A stretch of DNA of 63,279 bases, filler included, from Choristocarpus tenellus KU-1152 (taxonomy: Eukaryota > Protista > Phaeophyceae), in assembly GCA_964200185.2 (NCBI GenBank). It is 13 parts of 13 records of this genome, joined end to end, with 100 filler letters (N's around TTAATTAATTAA, not from the genome) between each part and the next. Parts side by side here need not be neighbours in the genome. Positions count along the whole stretch, not along the records: positions 25,084 to 32,662 come from CAXNAD020005937.1; positions 32,763 to 38,987 come from CAXNAD020008638.1; 11 more parts are not named here. One strand, written 5' to 3'. The stretch's first letter is position 1. Each line of letters begins with the position of its first letter. The notes below the pieces were generated by a model. The model did no database searches and had not been told where the DNA came from. It was given only the letters and a program-made list of their open reading frames with translations. The position numbers were made by a program, and so were the translations under genes. Positions 25,177-38,922 of the stretch are shown here, in pieces.

Positions 25177-28045
25177 ACCAGTACCAAGGGAGCAAGGCTT
25201 CCAGGAAGGGCAGGTTACAGTGTTCAGATAGTGTATATATTGATTGTCGTGCACTAGGGAGTTTGAAGTATGTGCCTAACACATCGATTCAAAACCTCAA
25301 GAACATGTAGAATGTATACAGAACATACAGAACACGGTCAATAGTGGCATACCCCCACCCACCCACCCCCCGTCCCTACTTAACTGTTTTGTGTTATTTG
25401 AGATTTTGTTACATCCTGTCAAAAGTAAAGAGGTTAAATCCAGGGGGTGGGTGTTACTTGTGTGTGGTTGCTCAGCTGCAATGAAATGAAAGGAATACAG
25501 TCGTAAGTGTATGCTTATACCCCCTTTCTTTTTGTCGCTGGATATACCCTCAGGTGTGGGATCAGTGCTGGGCTCGTGAGTGCCGTCAAGTAACAGCACA
25601 GGTATTGAACTTGAAACCCTAACCCTAACCGTGTACTGCACTTCCAAAGCATAGTGTAGGAAATAATAGTGTAGACAATTGGTTTGTACACATCGTGTGA
25701 TGCTTCATCACTTTGTTAGACATGATGGCGGCCACTGGGTCCCTAACCAAGCTGCTATTGTGCTCTGGACTATTGTTCTGCACGGTGTGGTGAGGTGTGC
25801 CTGTTTACCTCCTTCATTTAATCCTGCGGGTGTCTCTGGTGTATTGGTTTGGTCAGTATTATCAATGGTACTAGTGTGTATTATTATTATTATTATTTAT
25901 GACAAAAAACAACTACACATGCGCAATGTAACACTTGGTGCACTATTAATGTATTATTTTGATGTAGTGCTATTGTAGTATCAATGTATTAATACCAACA
26001 TACACAGCTCTGGAGCCGGATTGTGTGTGTATCCCACGTGTCACGACACGCTGTGGACGCCTCCTATTAATTGTAGTATTGTTATTTTTTATTATTGATG
26101 TTGTTAGTGAGACTGGCCTGCTTCCATGCATCTGGTGGCAATTGACAACTCTTTCAGTTTATTTTATTTTCAGGAGTATGGGTGTGCTCTAGCAGAAGGA
26201 GGTGGTTCCCAGTGTGTAACGCCATTCAAGACCAGCCTACTGCAGGTATTGGACACACATGTGTTTGTTTGTGATAGCACTAGAGTATTTTTTACATGAA
26301 TTGTATTACTTTAAAAGTGTATACCATGATAGCAGTGCACACTTATCTATCTACTTCAATGGTTATGTAGAGGTAGTCTTTGTTGTATGATCATGTCTAC
26401 TGCATTCCTGACCATCATCAACTTTTTCAATAAACAAGTTTACATGAACACACTGGCCTGACTTAGCAAGAGCAATATTCTCTCTTTATAATCCTGACAA
26501 GGTGTTTTTCCAAAATCTGATGCGTTAATTTCAAAAAACCGGGTTGGCAGTTGTTGTAACCCTAACCCTAAGTCCAATATTCTCAGGGGGGGAGGGGGGA
26601 TGTTCCTGGGTAGTTCAGAGTTGATATTTATTGATTATGCTATTAAATCTGTCCCTGTGGTGTATACATACTGTTCTTGTAAAGAACATATGGACAGTAA
26701 GGAGTATCTCCATGTTTGGGATCCAAAGGGGGTGGTGGTTCAAGATGAGTAGAGAGTAAAGCAACAAACCCTATGCATGGGAGGACCAAGCAATACCTAA
26801 TGCGATACATGCATGTGCAACAGATTTGCAAAATCAGTTATTTACACCCCAGTGCATTACTCTTTTTAGCATGTACCTCTTTTTGCCCCCGGATGACTTG
26901 TGATAATAGTATACCTTATGTATCTAAGACCACAGGTGGACACAAAACCAGAATTGCTTCAATATATCCATCCATGGGCAGACAGGTTAGCGGCGCATCA
27001 TGTGTTGCGCACTGTGATGCTTTTCTTAGGTGCGAAATAAATCAAGTGGAAAGTAGAAAGTAGAAAGTTGTTGATGATTGCTTTTACTGCGTGTATGTTC
27101 AAGAAGTGGTTACACCTCTACATCTAACTCCAGCAACACCCTGCCGTTCCTGTGCGGCTTTCTTATCCCTCTTCTCATTAACCCTAACCCTAACCCTCTA
27201 CAATCGATGCTGCGATTAATTAGAGTAATTGGTACTAACTACTCTTAATATCATTGCTATTGATTCTGTAGTGCCAATGATACACCCTCTTGAAGCCTGG
27301 CTCATTTGTGCACACAAATATGATAAGATTAATAAATGAAATTATACAGGCAAGACCCTGGCCCGCCTTGATTGACAACAGGTCCGTCACCCCCTCCATA
27401 CAATAGCCTCCCTGGCGTACAAATCTTCAGGCTCAAAGGAGAGCCTGGGTGTAGACTGCAGTAATGCTGAGCATCAACTTGCAGCTGTGATGTGAGAGCT
27501 CTCCTGGATGCTGTGTGTGTGTGTGTGTGTTGCATGCCTCACACTGTGGAAGAGGGATAGGTGGTAGAAGTCTGGATGCCATCCTCTGGAAACAAAATTG
27601 ATTGAAGGAATATGGCGGGGGGAGTTGAATATATCATGGAGTAGACAAGAGTACAAATGAAGTAATATAGCAGAAAATGTAATTGGGGGGATGTTGTCGA
27701 GCTCTTGGTTTGTTGTTGCAAGGGCTTCCTTTTGGGAGACAAATCAAGTTAGTTCGTTGAGAACAAACTCTGCAGAGGAAGGTGTTGATTAACTTGGGTG
27801 ACTCTGAATCTCAATGTTTTTGTATCTCCCCTGCCACAGCATCTTTATAATACAGATAGAACTAGAAATATGGATATAATAGCCCCGTAAAGGCATCAAT
27901 GGGTTGATGAAATCATCCTTGCATGATGTGTGCCTGTCTCTTGAAGTAACTGCTTCCGTTCCTCTTTTTCAAACATAATGTGTTATTGTGCACTTTTAGC
28001 TCTTTCTCTTTCTGTCCTTCTGCCTCTATTATAAAATTTGCACCT

Positions 28046-28090
<45 letters not shown>

Positions 28091-31000
28091 CCCCTTGAGA
28101 TTTACGCTTATCTGTTATCCCTTGATTGGTTAGTCTCTTGACTTGATGGCCTCGAACTCCCACCTGCCTTGTGACTATTGGTCCCATTGCTGAGTCACAC
28201 TTATTCACTTCAATAATAACAATAATAATAATAATAATAATAAGTATATCTGCTCTCACTCCCGCAAGCATCGGTGTTACTATTGCGAGGAAGTTTGCTG
28301 ATACACGCCTCCTCATTATGTCCTGAATACTGCCTAGTATACCTCATCCCCTCTCTAACCCTAACCCCCCTCTATTTGATTCCTGTGGTCTTACCATGTG
28401 TAGGTCTCTGTTTCCTAGCAAGGCTATACGTGTCCATTATGGACTGCCAAATTTTGAGTGGGAAACACTGTCCACCTGTGTGGAAATGTGAGTGAACCCG
28501 ATGATGATTTTCAGTAAGTGTAGGTAGGCGTTCTTTGAGGGAAGACTGTTTCTGGTGTATCTCTGTTCAGTGACTCAGTGGCATGGAAGTCAAACGGATG
28601 CCATCCCTTCTCACTCTCTAACAACTCCACACCTAACGCTCTCGTAACGCAACTTTAATGCTTTGGTTCTGCAAGAAAAAAGGCGTTTGGGATGTGGTGT
28701 GCAACAAAGGTTTTTGGATGTGCAGTATCGCCGTTGTGGGGATTGTGTGTGTTGTAGTGAATCAGGGGTTATAGCGGTGGCATAGACTGCTTACTTTGAA
28801 CAGCGTGTGAGTTGAGAGTTAGTTCTGTTGGGATTATGTGCGTTGTTGTGTAAATGGACTCTGAGTGTTGAGGTGGATGTTACACAGAAGAGGGCGAGTG
28901 CCCTCCAAGCCCTGTGGTGGACAGCATTGAGTTCATATATTCTGAGATGGGGTCCCTGAGTGTTCTCCAAGACAAGGAGCGCTATAGAGGAAATTGGATC
29001 TTTGACGGTTATAGGATAACACCATCTAGGGTGTGAACGATCATCTTGTGACACTTTGGAGGTGCTCAAGTGCTGTTCTAGGCTTATCTCCGTAATATCT
29101 CTGATGTTGTCATGGTAGGAATGTGCACTGTACGTATTTCTTGGGAAGTCACTAGCACCCCATTGCAGAATTCAAGTATCCTGAACTTCCTGATCTTGGG
29201 GGGAATTGATGAAGTTGTACCCTATTTTGTAAGCTGTACCTGGTTGTGCAGGGATCTTGTTGTACCCTATTTTGTACCTCTCTCCCAATGAAGTACTTTC
29301 AGAGTTTGTTACTGCTACTGTACATACTGTATACTGTGAGCTTGATGTTTTATTTTTATATCCTCAAGTGGCAGCGTCCTAACGTCTGACTTCAAAGAGA
29401 TTGCATTACTTTACTGCATTACTTTACTTTACTTTACTACATTACTTTACTACATTACTTTACTACATTACTTTACTTTACTATGACTTTGTCGAATATG
29501 ATGTTACAATGTTCCCCACAGTACTGCACATACTAAATTGATACTACATATTTGAGTGACTGAATGCTCGGCATTGCTCGATCCCATACTTTTTTTGTCT
29601 CTACTAGGTGGGCGTGGTATTGGGTGATCTACAACAAGGCCCTGCTTCCACATGTAAGACTTACAGTTACAAGATACAATGTATTTGGATGATTGGACTT
29701 GAATGTGTAGTGATGATATTGTTATTTATGCTATTGGTTGCCCAGAAGGTCCTTGACCTTCTCGCCTAACTGGCAATAGTAATAGTTATAATAGTAATAG
29801 TAATAGCACAAGTATGGCTACTTCTTGAACTTTGGAGACCATATAGGGTGTAGAGAGTGTGTTTTCTTGACTGGTACCAGTACCAGTACCAGTAGTACTT
29901 GGTACAGGTTGTACTAGAACAAGGTAAGACTAATGTATATGTATATATGTATATATGTATACTTCAGACAATGTACTTCGAACCTCTCAATAATGTAATG
30001 GGCAGGCTAATGGATCACTCTGTTGTTTACTCTCCTCTCCTCCCTCCCCTTTCCATGATTCATAATGTGACCACTAACTACTGTGACAGGTGGATGCTTG
30101 GTATCCTGTGGAGTATACACCACCTGCCAAGGTAATGCGTTTACACTTCTGCTACTGTGGCTGAATCCTGATGTCTTTCATTTATTTCACTCAGTAAGGG
30201 TATAATGCAGTACAAGAGCACCTACTTCGTTGAAGCTATGGTTCAGATACCCATCAGTCACTCTGTGATAAATATAGTTTGTTGAACTTACTGCAATTTT
30301 TCCATCTTGATTGCTTACCACCAAGAAGGAAGTGAACCTGCATCCTCCATGAGAGCTATTGTAGCACTGTTATCAGCTAGATGTTTCTTGACTTGAATGT
30401 AGTCATCACATTTTGATTTCTACTAGCGTACTGCCCATCAAGTTCCATGGCAACACACCACCCACCTCAAGCATTTCACGCTTAGTTAGGAATTGGCAAT
30501 AACTTACTCTGAAATGTTACACCCAATCAAACCACCACCTCTCTCTCTCTCTCTCTCTCTCTGACTGACTTAGGACATGTGCTGTTGATAATTGATAGAG
30601 CTAACTGCACAAACAAGCACTGACTGTTACCAGCTGTATTTTTCATTACTTTGTTAGCTTCCATTTTTGTTGCCACGGTTTTGTTGATGTCGTGAATTGA
30701 AGGCTAATTTCACTGTGAAACGTTTATTGGAATAAGTTGAACACCTGAAAATATTGACGTACTGGAGTAGGATCAAATCAAATCATACATGCAGCACACG
30801 ACTTAAGACAGGTGAATCACCGAGCTCCGCAAGCAGAGTGCCAATGACCTTGGTGCAAAGAACATTCCCTTTGAGAATTACCCCTACATTTTCAGTTTCG
30901 ATTAATTGGAATTTTAGCTGAATTGTAGTGATTCAATCGAGAACCTAAGATTCACACTATATTCTGCGATCCACTCTGGTTAAACAGAGGAGTAGACTGT

Positions 31001-32229
31001 AGCTGGTATTAACAGGTGTTTTTTTGATAGATGATTCGATTGAGTCAAAGTATCTTAGGGTTAGGGCAGAGCCGCGTCCATTCGGGGGCCAAAACCCAAT
31101 GTTGCGATTTTGATGTAATTTTGACTATCGTGTTTGATAGGAAGTGTCACAATATCCTTGTTCGGACACACCTTTTCATAAATAACGTATACATTTTACC
31201 TACTCCAAAATGTTTCAGAGTAGGTAAAAATATCATTTTAAAAAACCTGTGGGAAGCAAAGCCTCAAATGGACAAAAAGGACAAAGTTTGTACCCTCTAA
31301 GATACTTTCACTCATTGCTAGTCTCTCCGTGTGCTTTTATGTTGCCTTGATGATTCATAGGCGAGTGCCTATGGAATGTAGGAGCAATCATGGCCTAGAT
31401 GCAAAAGCATGTGTCATTGAAGTTATCTCTATGGTCGTGCTTATCCTGATCTCACCCTGGTACCTAGGACGCATTACTATTTGAAGTAACCCTAACCCTA
31501 ATCCACTCGTACCTTGTTGTGATAGGAGATTTGTTTGCTCTCCACCCACACCTTGGAGTATTCAAGTAGCCTATCACGCATTTCATGTTTTGACCACTTT
31601 TGCTGTGATCTTGTCTGCACTGCATGCAACTTTCAAACCCCTATCAGGTGGCAAGTATGGCCGGTTTTGTGGGGGAAACCATCGACAAGGTGAATCGAAT
31701 CATTGTGTTACAGAAATCCCTTCCTACTTTACAGTAACTCCAGACAAGAGATTTGAGTGCATTGATAGTAGATCACGGATATTAAGCTGTGTTGGAAATT
31801 GTGTTGGGATTGTTACGTTTAAAAAGTGCTTCTTTATTTGAACTTGATGCAGCCAACTGTTATTAGTGTTTCATTTTGTTTCAAGATATAAATGATATGG
31901 GCATAGTCCATGGCAGGCAAAAGATTTGCATACTTCAGTAGTGGAGATTAGGGATGAGGACTGTTAGTACTGCTGTGAAGGAAGTGCACTTCAAAAAGGA
32001 GTGAAAAGGTTGAAGGAAAGGTGACATATGAAGCACATCCTCCGAGGTGGAGGAGATAGGGGAATGTTGCGGGGAGAGGGCCTCCTAAGTAGTCTTTGTC
32101 ACACATGGGTGTGTCCCTATCACGTCACAGAATCCCTCTGAATACTTATGTCACCCTCTTCCTTGGTGGTGTGAATCTGTTTATTTCAGGCATTGTTGGA
32201 AGCAAGTGAAGGACAAGGCTCAGGACAAG
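25177..32229 (+). CDS. Nine-exon partial gene, possibly a divergent LPLAT/PlsC-type acyltransferase (25177-25213, 25554-25575, 25720-25789, 26174-26245, 27840-27886, 29608-29653, 30090-30131, 31648-31689, 32190-32229)
   Basis: All exons are AG/GT-bounded and join into one 418-nt open frame: TSTKGARLPGRAGVGSVLGSHDGGHWVPNQAAIVLWTIVLHGVEYGCALAEGGGSQCVTPFKTSLLQHLYNTDRTRNMDIIAPWAWYWVIYNKALLPHVDAWYPVEYTPPAKVASMAGFVGETIDKALLEASEGQGSGQ. AEG...PFK...IIAP loosely resembles FPEG..PFK..IVP. The functional call is weak. Confidence 0.55.
29402..29485. repeat. Degenerate TTACT/CATTACTTTACTA tandem repeat
   Basis: Directly visible. Confidence 0.85.
31042..31313 (-). mobile_element. MITE family A (telomeric repeat within the TIR)
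   Basis: Both TIRs; TSD ATT/ATT. The left TIR reads TATCTTAGGGTTAGGGCAGAG instead of TATCTTAGAGGGTAGAG. Confidence 0.92.
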
Positions 32230-32596
32230 GTAGGCGAGATTATTTTCAAGTATTGTGTGGTATAGTGGTGGTGGTGGTGACATTTTTATGCATGGTGTGA
32301 TGTGATTCTGAGCAGAGTGGATTTTTAGGTAGATTGAAACCCTAGCACTATGGTAGGTTTCGTTTAGGTTAGGTCATACATTTAAGTACTTGATTTGGTA
32401 GTACTGTATCAGGCGTCAGTACTTAGAGGATGCAATGTACTCTGCCTTGACTGGGGGAGTACATGGATGTCTGCCGTAGACCACAGTCCCTATGTCTGAA
32501 GTAGCCCCTTGGGGATGGTCACTGACAGATCGCACAGAGTGGTCATATCTGCTGTGTATGGACATTTTTATTTATGTACATAAAGGCAATTGGGAG

Positions 32597-32631
<35 letters not shown>

Positions 32632-32806
32632 GGGGGGGGAAAATTAATTTTTTTGAAGGCGGNNNNNNNNNNNNNNNNNNNNNNNNNNNNNNNNNNNNNN
32701 NNNNNNTTAATTAATTAANNNNNNNNNNNNNNNNNNNNNNNNNNNNNNNNNNNNNNNNNNNNTTGGTGCCCCGCCAACAACACACCCACATCTCCCTCGC
32801 CCGCCC

Positions 32807-32841
<35 letters not shown>

Positions 32842-32930
32842 TTCCCCTACACTCCCATGCCCTGTATATTCAAGCCATGCTTGTAACAGACATGAGAGTG
32901 TAGTACTGTACTCTCAAACTAACCCCTCAC

Positions 32931-35900
32931 CTCACAGTTCTTTGCCCTCACCTCACAGTTCTTTGCCCTCACTGTCCTATTATTCCCGTAAACCCTAGAT
33001 ATCCAGTCATCGATGTACCAGTCAGTGAGGACAGCTGGGTAGTACTGGCCTTCGAATATGTCCATGTGCAGTCGGTGTGTGAAGTCATGCACCAGTATAT
33101 TGGCATTCAGTGATTCCGGACCCACTACTCCATAGGGGGGGCCCATCGCCTGCTCAAGACGATTCGTGAGAGGAAGTCATCAGTTCAATGTGGAGGCGGT
33201 AGGCACCAGGAATCATACATATATATTAATGCCATACTGTCCTCAGTCAAAACGACATTTTCTGACTTTAGGCAGTATCACATGTAACAGAAGCAACAGC
33301 ACATTTTTGAAAAAAAAAAAAATCCTTCTTTTGGGGTGTTCTTTTTGATCAAGAGGACTGGTGCATATTGTGAGGACAGGGCCCATGTTTGACAACAACA
33401 GCAGCAGTCTAGAACCAAGTGATACAATACATTACCATGTATCTTCTTTGGACATTTTTGGAGGGTTGATACATGTATTGCTTCTTTTTCAGGTGTAATT
33501 TTCATCCACCACAACCTCTCCCCCCCCCATAACAATACAAAAAAGCATGAACTGTATTGTATATAGACCTAATGCACAGATGTTCCGAACATACCATGTT
33601 ACAAAAATAGAAATAGACATTCCATTCCTAGGGGAGTCTCTCAGTTGTAGGGGATTTAGCAGGGACATGCAAGGGGACCATAAAGCCATATGGGAAATTT
33701 GGTTTGATGCTGCACCAATAGAACTACGCCTACTTTTTGTACGTATCAAAAGGAAACTGACTGACCTGTTCTACACAAGGAACCCAATGACTTTCACCTC
33801 GGGTGCACTCATTTGTTCAGTGGAAACATCCTTCACATCTACCACATTATAAAATCCTCTCTCAATAGCCTTCGCCCGTCTACTCAAAGAGTCTAAGGGC
33901 TCGTTCAGATTGGTGGTCACTCACAAACTAAACATATAACCACTTGAAGTAATAAACACACACACACACACGTGTGCATTACTCCTGCTAGGCATCAGTT
34001 TGACAATTTTCTTCCTCATCCAAAATTTGTTTGTTCAAACTGGTGCTGAACAGAGGAAGCATTACTATTGCACAATAAAAAAGAAAGAAAGAAACGGATG
34101 CGGTCGACTCTCCATCATATTCACTAAAAATAAATAAATCAGAATCTACATCCTGCTTTTGCGTACCACTTAGCACAAATGAACCACAGGCGGGAGAAAT
34201 GAAAGAGTTTGTCAATAATAGACATCCTAGAATTATTATGTGTAGAGCGAAGTGGGACTGATCTTTTTGAGTTTGTTGGTGGGTTATAATGCAATTATAA
34301 AACTTGAAAAGCAGGGAATCAGGGGGGAGCGTGTCAAGACCGTGCAGTATAGGCTGATAGTCTGTATGGTTTATAGGTATTTAGTGAAAGCTATTAGACA
34401 ACAGGAATGTTGGCTAAGTGGAACAAGTGTCATTGATTTGTGTTCGTGAGTGTAAAATAATGAGTTCAAAACTCGGATGATCGATTTCCTTTTACTTGAT
34501 ATATATGGACTGACGGAGGAGTTCTGACATAGTACTAGCTACACGGGATAAGTGACATAGTACGATGTAACAGCAGGACACGTTTTGATGCGTCAGCTGA
34601 TGCATCAGCTGATACATGTAATTAACAATAAGATAATAAGAGAGAGCACCCCCCCACCACCGAGGGCAGTGCTCACTCCGCTGATAAACATATCCGTACC
34701 GCACAAAGCAAAATACTCTACTTGAGTAGCTCTCTTTTGCAAAAATACATTATTTTTAATTCTCGCGGGGAGGAAGTGCTTTTATAAAAAGAAAAAAAAA
34801 CAGTTGATGGAAGAGAACAAGATTGAATGATGAAGAATAGAAGCTAAGTAAGCATGGGCTAATGAAGTAGAATATAGAAGAGCTCAGGAATAAGAAACAC
34901 TGAAGCAACTGATTGGTGGGTGATGTGCAATCATCGATCATTATAATGGTCATCTACAAAATAACATTGGTTGGTACACAAGTGGAAGACAATCACTCAA
35001 TAAAAACACGGTTATTTTCTTCACATTTTCGTCCTCTACACACAAAAAACTGGAATTATGAAAAAGATAAGTCTCACACCACACCCAACACAGCGCCTTC
35101 TCCCCATTCACATGTCAGAGGCTATGGCCCCCTCCCCTCCTGCCCATGCTCTTCTAGACGACAATCTCCTCTTCACCTCAAGAGTATCCACGAATTTCCT
35201 GGCCCACGGGCCCACCATCTCCGAGTCATCATTAACCCGGTAGATGTATTTGGACCCTTGACGAAACGCCTCCTGTTTTCCATCAAAAATATAATATTTT
35301 ATTATTTACACAACGGAACAAAAAAATTATGCAGAGAGAGGCATAGCGGTTAGGGTTTTCTCAGTGTGTTACACAGAAAATAAAAAAGAGAGTGTATCAG
35401 GATTACTCTGCACTGAAGCAGAGCAACATCGCAGGCAGAGAGAGGACTCACAGTGTTGTTTTGCTGGAAAAAAAGTCCCACGATAAAAAATAAATAAATA
35501 AATCACAATTCAACTATATATACCTCACATTTCCATCCCATTATTTCTTACTATTCACAACAAAGAAGGAAAATCAATCACAACACATCAATTAAATATA
35601 AATATTTTTTCTTCCTTGCCACTATTTATTTACACTCCCACCAACAAGAGCATCGTTCACCTTGGTGATGGCCGTGAATACCGGTCCTGGTTTTTGGATA
35701 GTGTTGTTCACCCTCACCAGCTCCAGCCGAACGCTAACTCCTCTCACCGCGGCTGGCTCTCCCACATTAGTCTCGAACCACTTTAGAGCCTAACATAAAA
35801 TAAAATAAAATAAAAACAAAAAAGACACGAGCAAAACAAAAAAAAGAGACAAGAAGCGGGTAAGCAACAGAGCAATAATAATAATAATAATAAAATAACT

Positions 35901-37917
35901 GTTTGTGTATGATGTAAGTAGTATCTTCTTACACACCTTTGGAACACTAAAAAATGGCAATGGAGCAGGAGAGAGAGAGAGAGAGAGGGCAAGCAACGGA
36001 GTTGAAGAAATAAAATAAATAAAATAAATAAAATAAAATAAATAAAATAAAATACCTTCGTATGTACTCCCTCTTACACACACACACACCCCTCCTACCC
36101 CCTCCCTACCCCTCCCCCAGAATGAAGGAACGAACGCAATATGGTTATTGCTGGCAAGGCAAAGGCAGACGACAGATGCTTGGGAGTTCGAAGTCGAAGT
36201 TGGAGAGACAAATAAAACAAAAACACAATTACTTCCTCCTTTCAGCATCAGAACAGTTTGCGGGGTCCATTAGGCCATAGAACAAATGCACCTCATGGGA
36301 CCAAATTTCCATCAGCCCTTCCATCCCAAATATATTCCAGGGTAGACACGTAACACCTGAAGTCTATCCCAGGCTATCCAGACAGCAAACCTCGTATGTC
36401 TCGGCCCTTGTTTGATCGACTTTGCACTAGCAATTTCTCTCTCTCTCACACACACACACACGCGCGCGCGCGCGCGCCTGACTAGTGTTACAAATAGGGT
36501 TTCTATTTAATTGGCAGAACAATACCATGGAGGAAAAAACTGTGGATGGTGCATGCGGTTATCTCACTCGTACCTCTTGAAGTAACGCTTCAAGACCATA
36601 CAACTCCAACTCACGATTTCTTGATCAGTGGAAAGGAAATCTCCGGATTAGTCCAAAGCCTGCCCAAGGAAAAGTCCCAAATTAAAAGTATGGTCAGGTA
36701 GGATACGTTTTCCCACCGAAAAAGCTCAACCAATGACCATTCAGCATGCATTCCCCTCCCTCATCCAATGAGATATCAAAACACCCCAAAAAGTATCACG
36801 CCCTCAAATGATACACATTGAATCTCATCTCAACATTTCACAACAATTTCAACACGGATGCCACCTTTGCCCTCCCCCGCCTTTCATCTCACATCATCAC
36901 TACAAAAAATGCGCCCGGGAGCATACCTCTCTGCTCCTTCAATACTAGCACTGCAGGATCAACTGGGGACAACAACTCCTCTTCCATCTGTCAGAAAGAC
37001 TCAAGAATTAGTGCAGCCCAAATTAGCCTTCACTGCACTACTCTATTATACCTCAGATACCACACACACACACACACACACAACCATGCATGCATACACC
37101 ATTTTTTTTTCTGTTAAAGCTACAAAGAGTAACTGCCAATATTTTCAACTCCTCAACTAACACAACCGATCGGTGGCAATCCACCACTAATGCCCTTCCA
37201 GACACAAAAAGGTGCTTACTTCCAAAAATACCACCTAGTGCCACCACGGCAAGAGGTACCCCCGCACGATCAACCGTCGCGTCAAAATGAGGCAAATTTT
37301 GGCAGCAGCCAACAGCGAGACTGCATCGGTGTGTTGCATTGATTCCATCTCATCACAAAAATAATAATAGAAATGTTGTTAGCAAGGACGGTAGACGGTA
37401 CGAAGGGAACAGTTGACAAATAAAGGGTATGCCCATGCTGCCACCAATGACACGATAAGGTACAGTTACTTCAATAACCTTCTAGTGCCAACCTTAGCTG
37501 GCATATTGAATTTTAATTTTAATTTTTACAAAACCACGCTGTCCGTAACTAACACATAAAAAAAAAACTCAAAAAGTCAAGACACACCCAAATACTACCC
37601 AAGTCCTTTTTTCTTTTTTTTTCCAGTAACAATTTTTTTTTCCAAATTAATTTCTGACTACAAAAAAGTAGGTCTAACCGTCCAGATGCAAAAAAAAAGA
37701 GACCAGAATCTCCCCCACAGAAAAAATGACGAAGGGCATCGGGGAGACAAAGGGGAGGCCTGTTACCTACCATGTGAGTGAATAATATACCAAGGGTGCA
37801 CAGGATGAACCCACTCCCTCCCTCCCTAAATCCATCATCCTCCCTGCATGGTAAGGCCAATTCCGTTCTGCACTCTTGTCTGCATTAATAGAATTTTTTC
37901 TCTGTATCTACACTTTC

Positions 37918-37960
<43 letters not shown>

Positions 37961-38922
37961 ACCAAACCCCAACATCCACCCACACCCCCCCCCCCCCCCC
38001 CCCCCCCCCACAGCCATGAACACTCGATGTATTAACCCAAATATGCACGCCCACTACCCATCCTTTTATTCCCAACAGAAGAATTTCAAATTTAAACTAG
38101 ATCAAATACGGACGAGACAGGTGGAAGAAAAACACTGACCACCATCTATCCCAAAAAAACGAGGATTCTCCAGGCTCTCTACACAGTCACCAACTAAAAA
38201 CCAACTAAAAACCCCATCGCCGCACTCACCAAAAACCAAGTGGAGCATGATCCAAAACCTAGAAAACCCTGATTATCCCACACATATATTTTCAACCTTG
38301 CTCTTGATTAATCCTCTGCTTCAACACCCCCCTCCCCTCCTCCCCCCTCCCCCAAGTGTCCAAAAACTGTCTCACATTTCTCCTCCTGGAGTCACTATCG
38401 TAGAACATGTCCCCCACATCATAACCGATCACAATCAAGTAGTTGAAGCCGCAGTCAGCTGTACGACCTACGGAAGGAAGGAGGTATCGAAATAATGCTA
38501 ACCTATCGTAGTCAGGATTCAAAATGCCACGGGTTGTGCTCCCCGCACAGATTGCAATCAGGGGATCGGAGGCCAAAGAGGGCCTGAGTGGAGTTGTAGT
38601 ATAAAGGGAGGGGAAGGTAAGGTAAGGTGGGAGGCTGTTTAGTAGTAGTAGTAGTAGTCCTAGACAAGTGTTACTCATGTGGAAGAGGTGTGGAAGGTAA
38701 AGAAATAGAGACAAGGGGAGTACCTTCGTACCATACTGCATTAGTACTGCCATAAAAGTAGTACCTCATTGTGCAGTCTTGAGGAGGTGATCTCTCCGGA
38801 AGACCGCTCACCCACGAGTCACAGAGCAACGCCTTCCATTCATGTCTCACAGCATCGTTAGCTTTACCCCAACTTTTCCCCGGCTGAATCTTGTAATTTG
38901 CTTTCATAGCCTTGCAGTTTTC
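32931..38922 (-). CDS. GT-A-like glycosyltransferase-related protein, internal part (exons 38922-38765, 38583-38376, 35789-35661, 35272-35177, 33149-32952 or 32931)
   Basis: In-phase splicing gives IAICAGSTTR, IVIGYDVGDMFYD, KPGPVF, YIYRVNDDSE (DxD-like), GVVGP, ILVHDFTHRLHMDIF and YYP..LTDWYIDDWISRVYG. Both ends are cut by linkers. Confidence 0.82.

Noticed and set aside
25720-25760. HDGGHW as a desaturase His box or FSH1 hydrolase motif
   Set aside because: The other required motifs are absent in the spliced frame.
28880-28960. Tc1/IS630 remnant (PPSPVVDSIEFIYSEM, compare PPYSPDLNPIE), possible Fanzor host
   Set aside because: One weak motif only; no other DDE motifs, TIRs or RuvC/TnpB sequence seen.
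34593-34612. Perfect 20-bp palindrome TCAGCTGATGCATCAGCTGA
   Set aside because: Explained by a 12-bp tandem repeat of a self-complementary unit in an intron.
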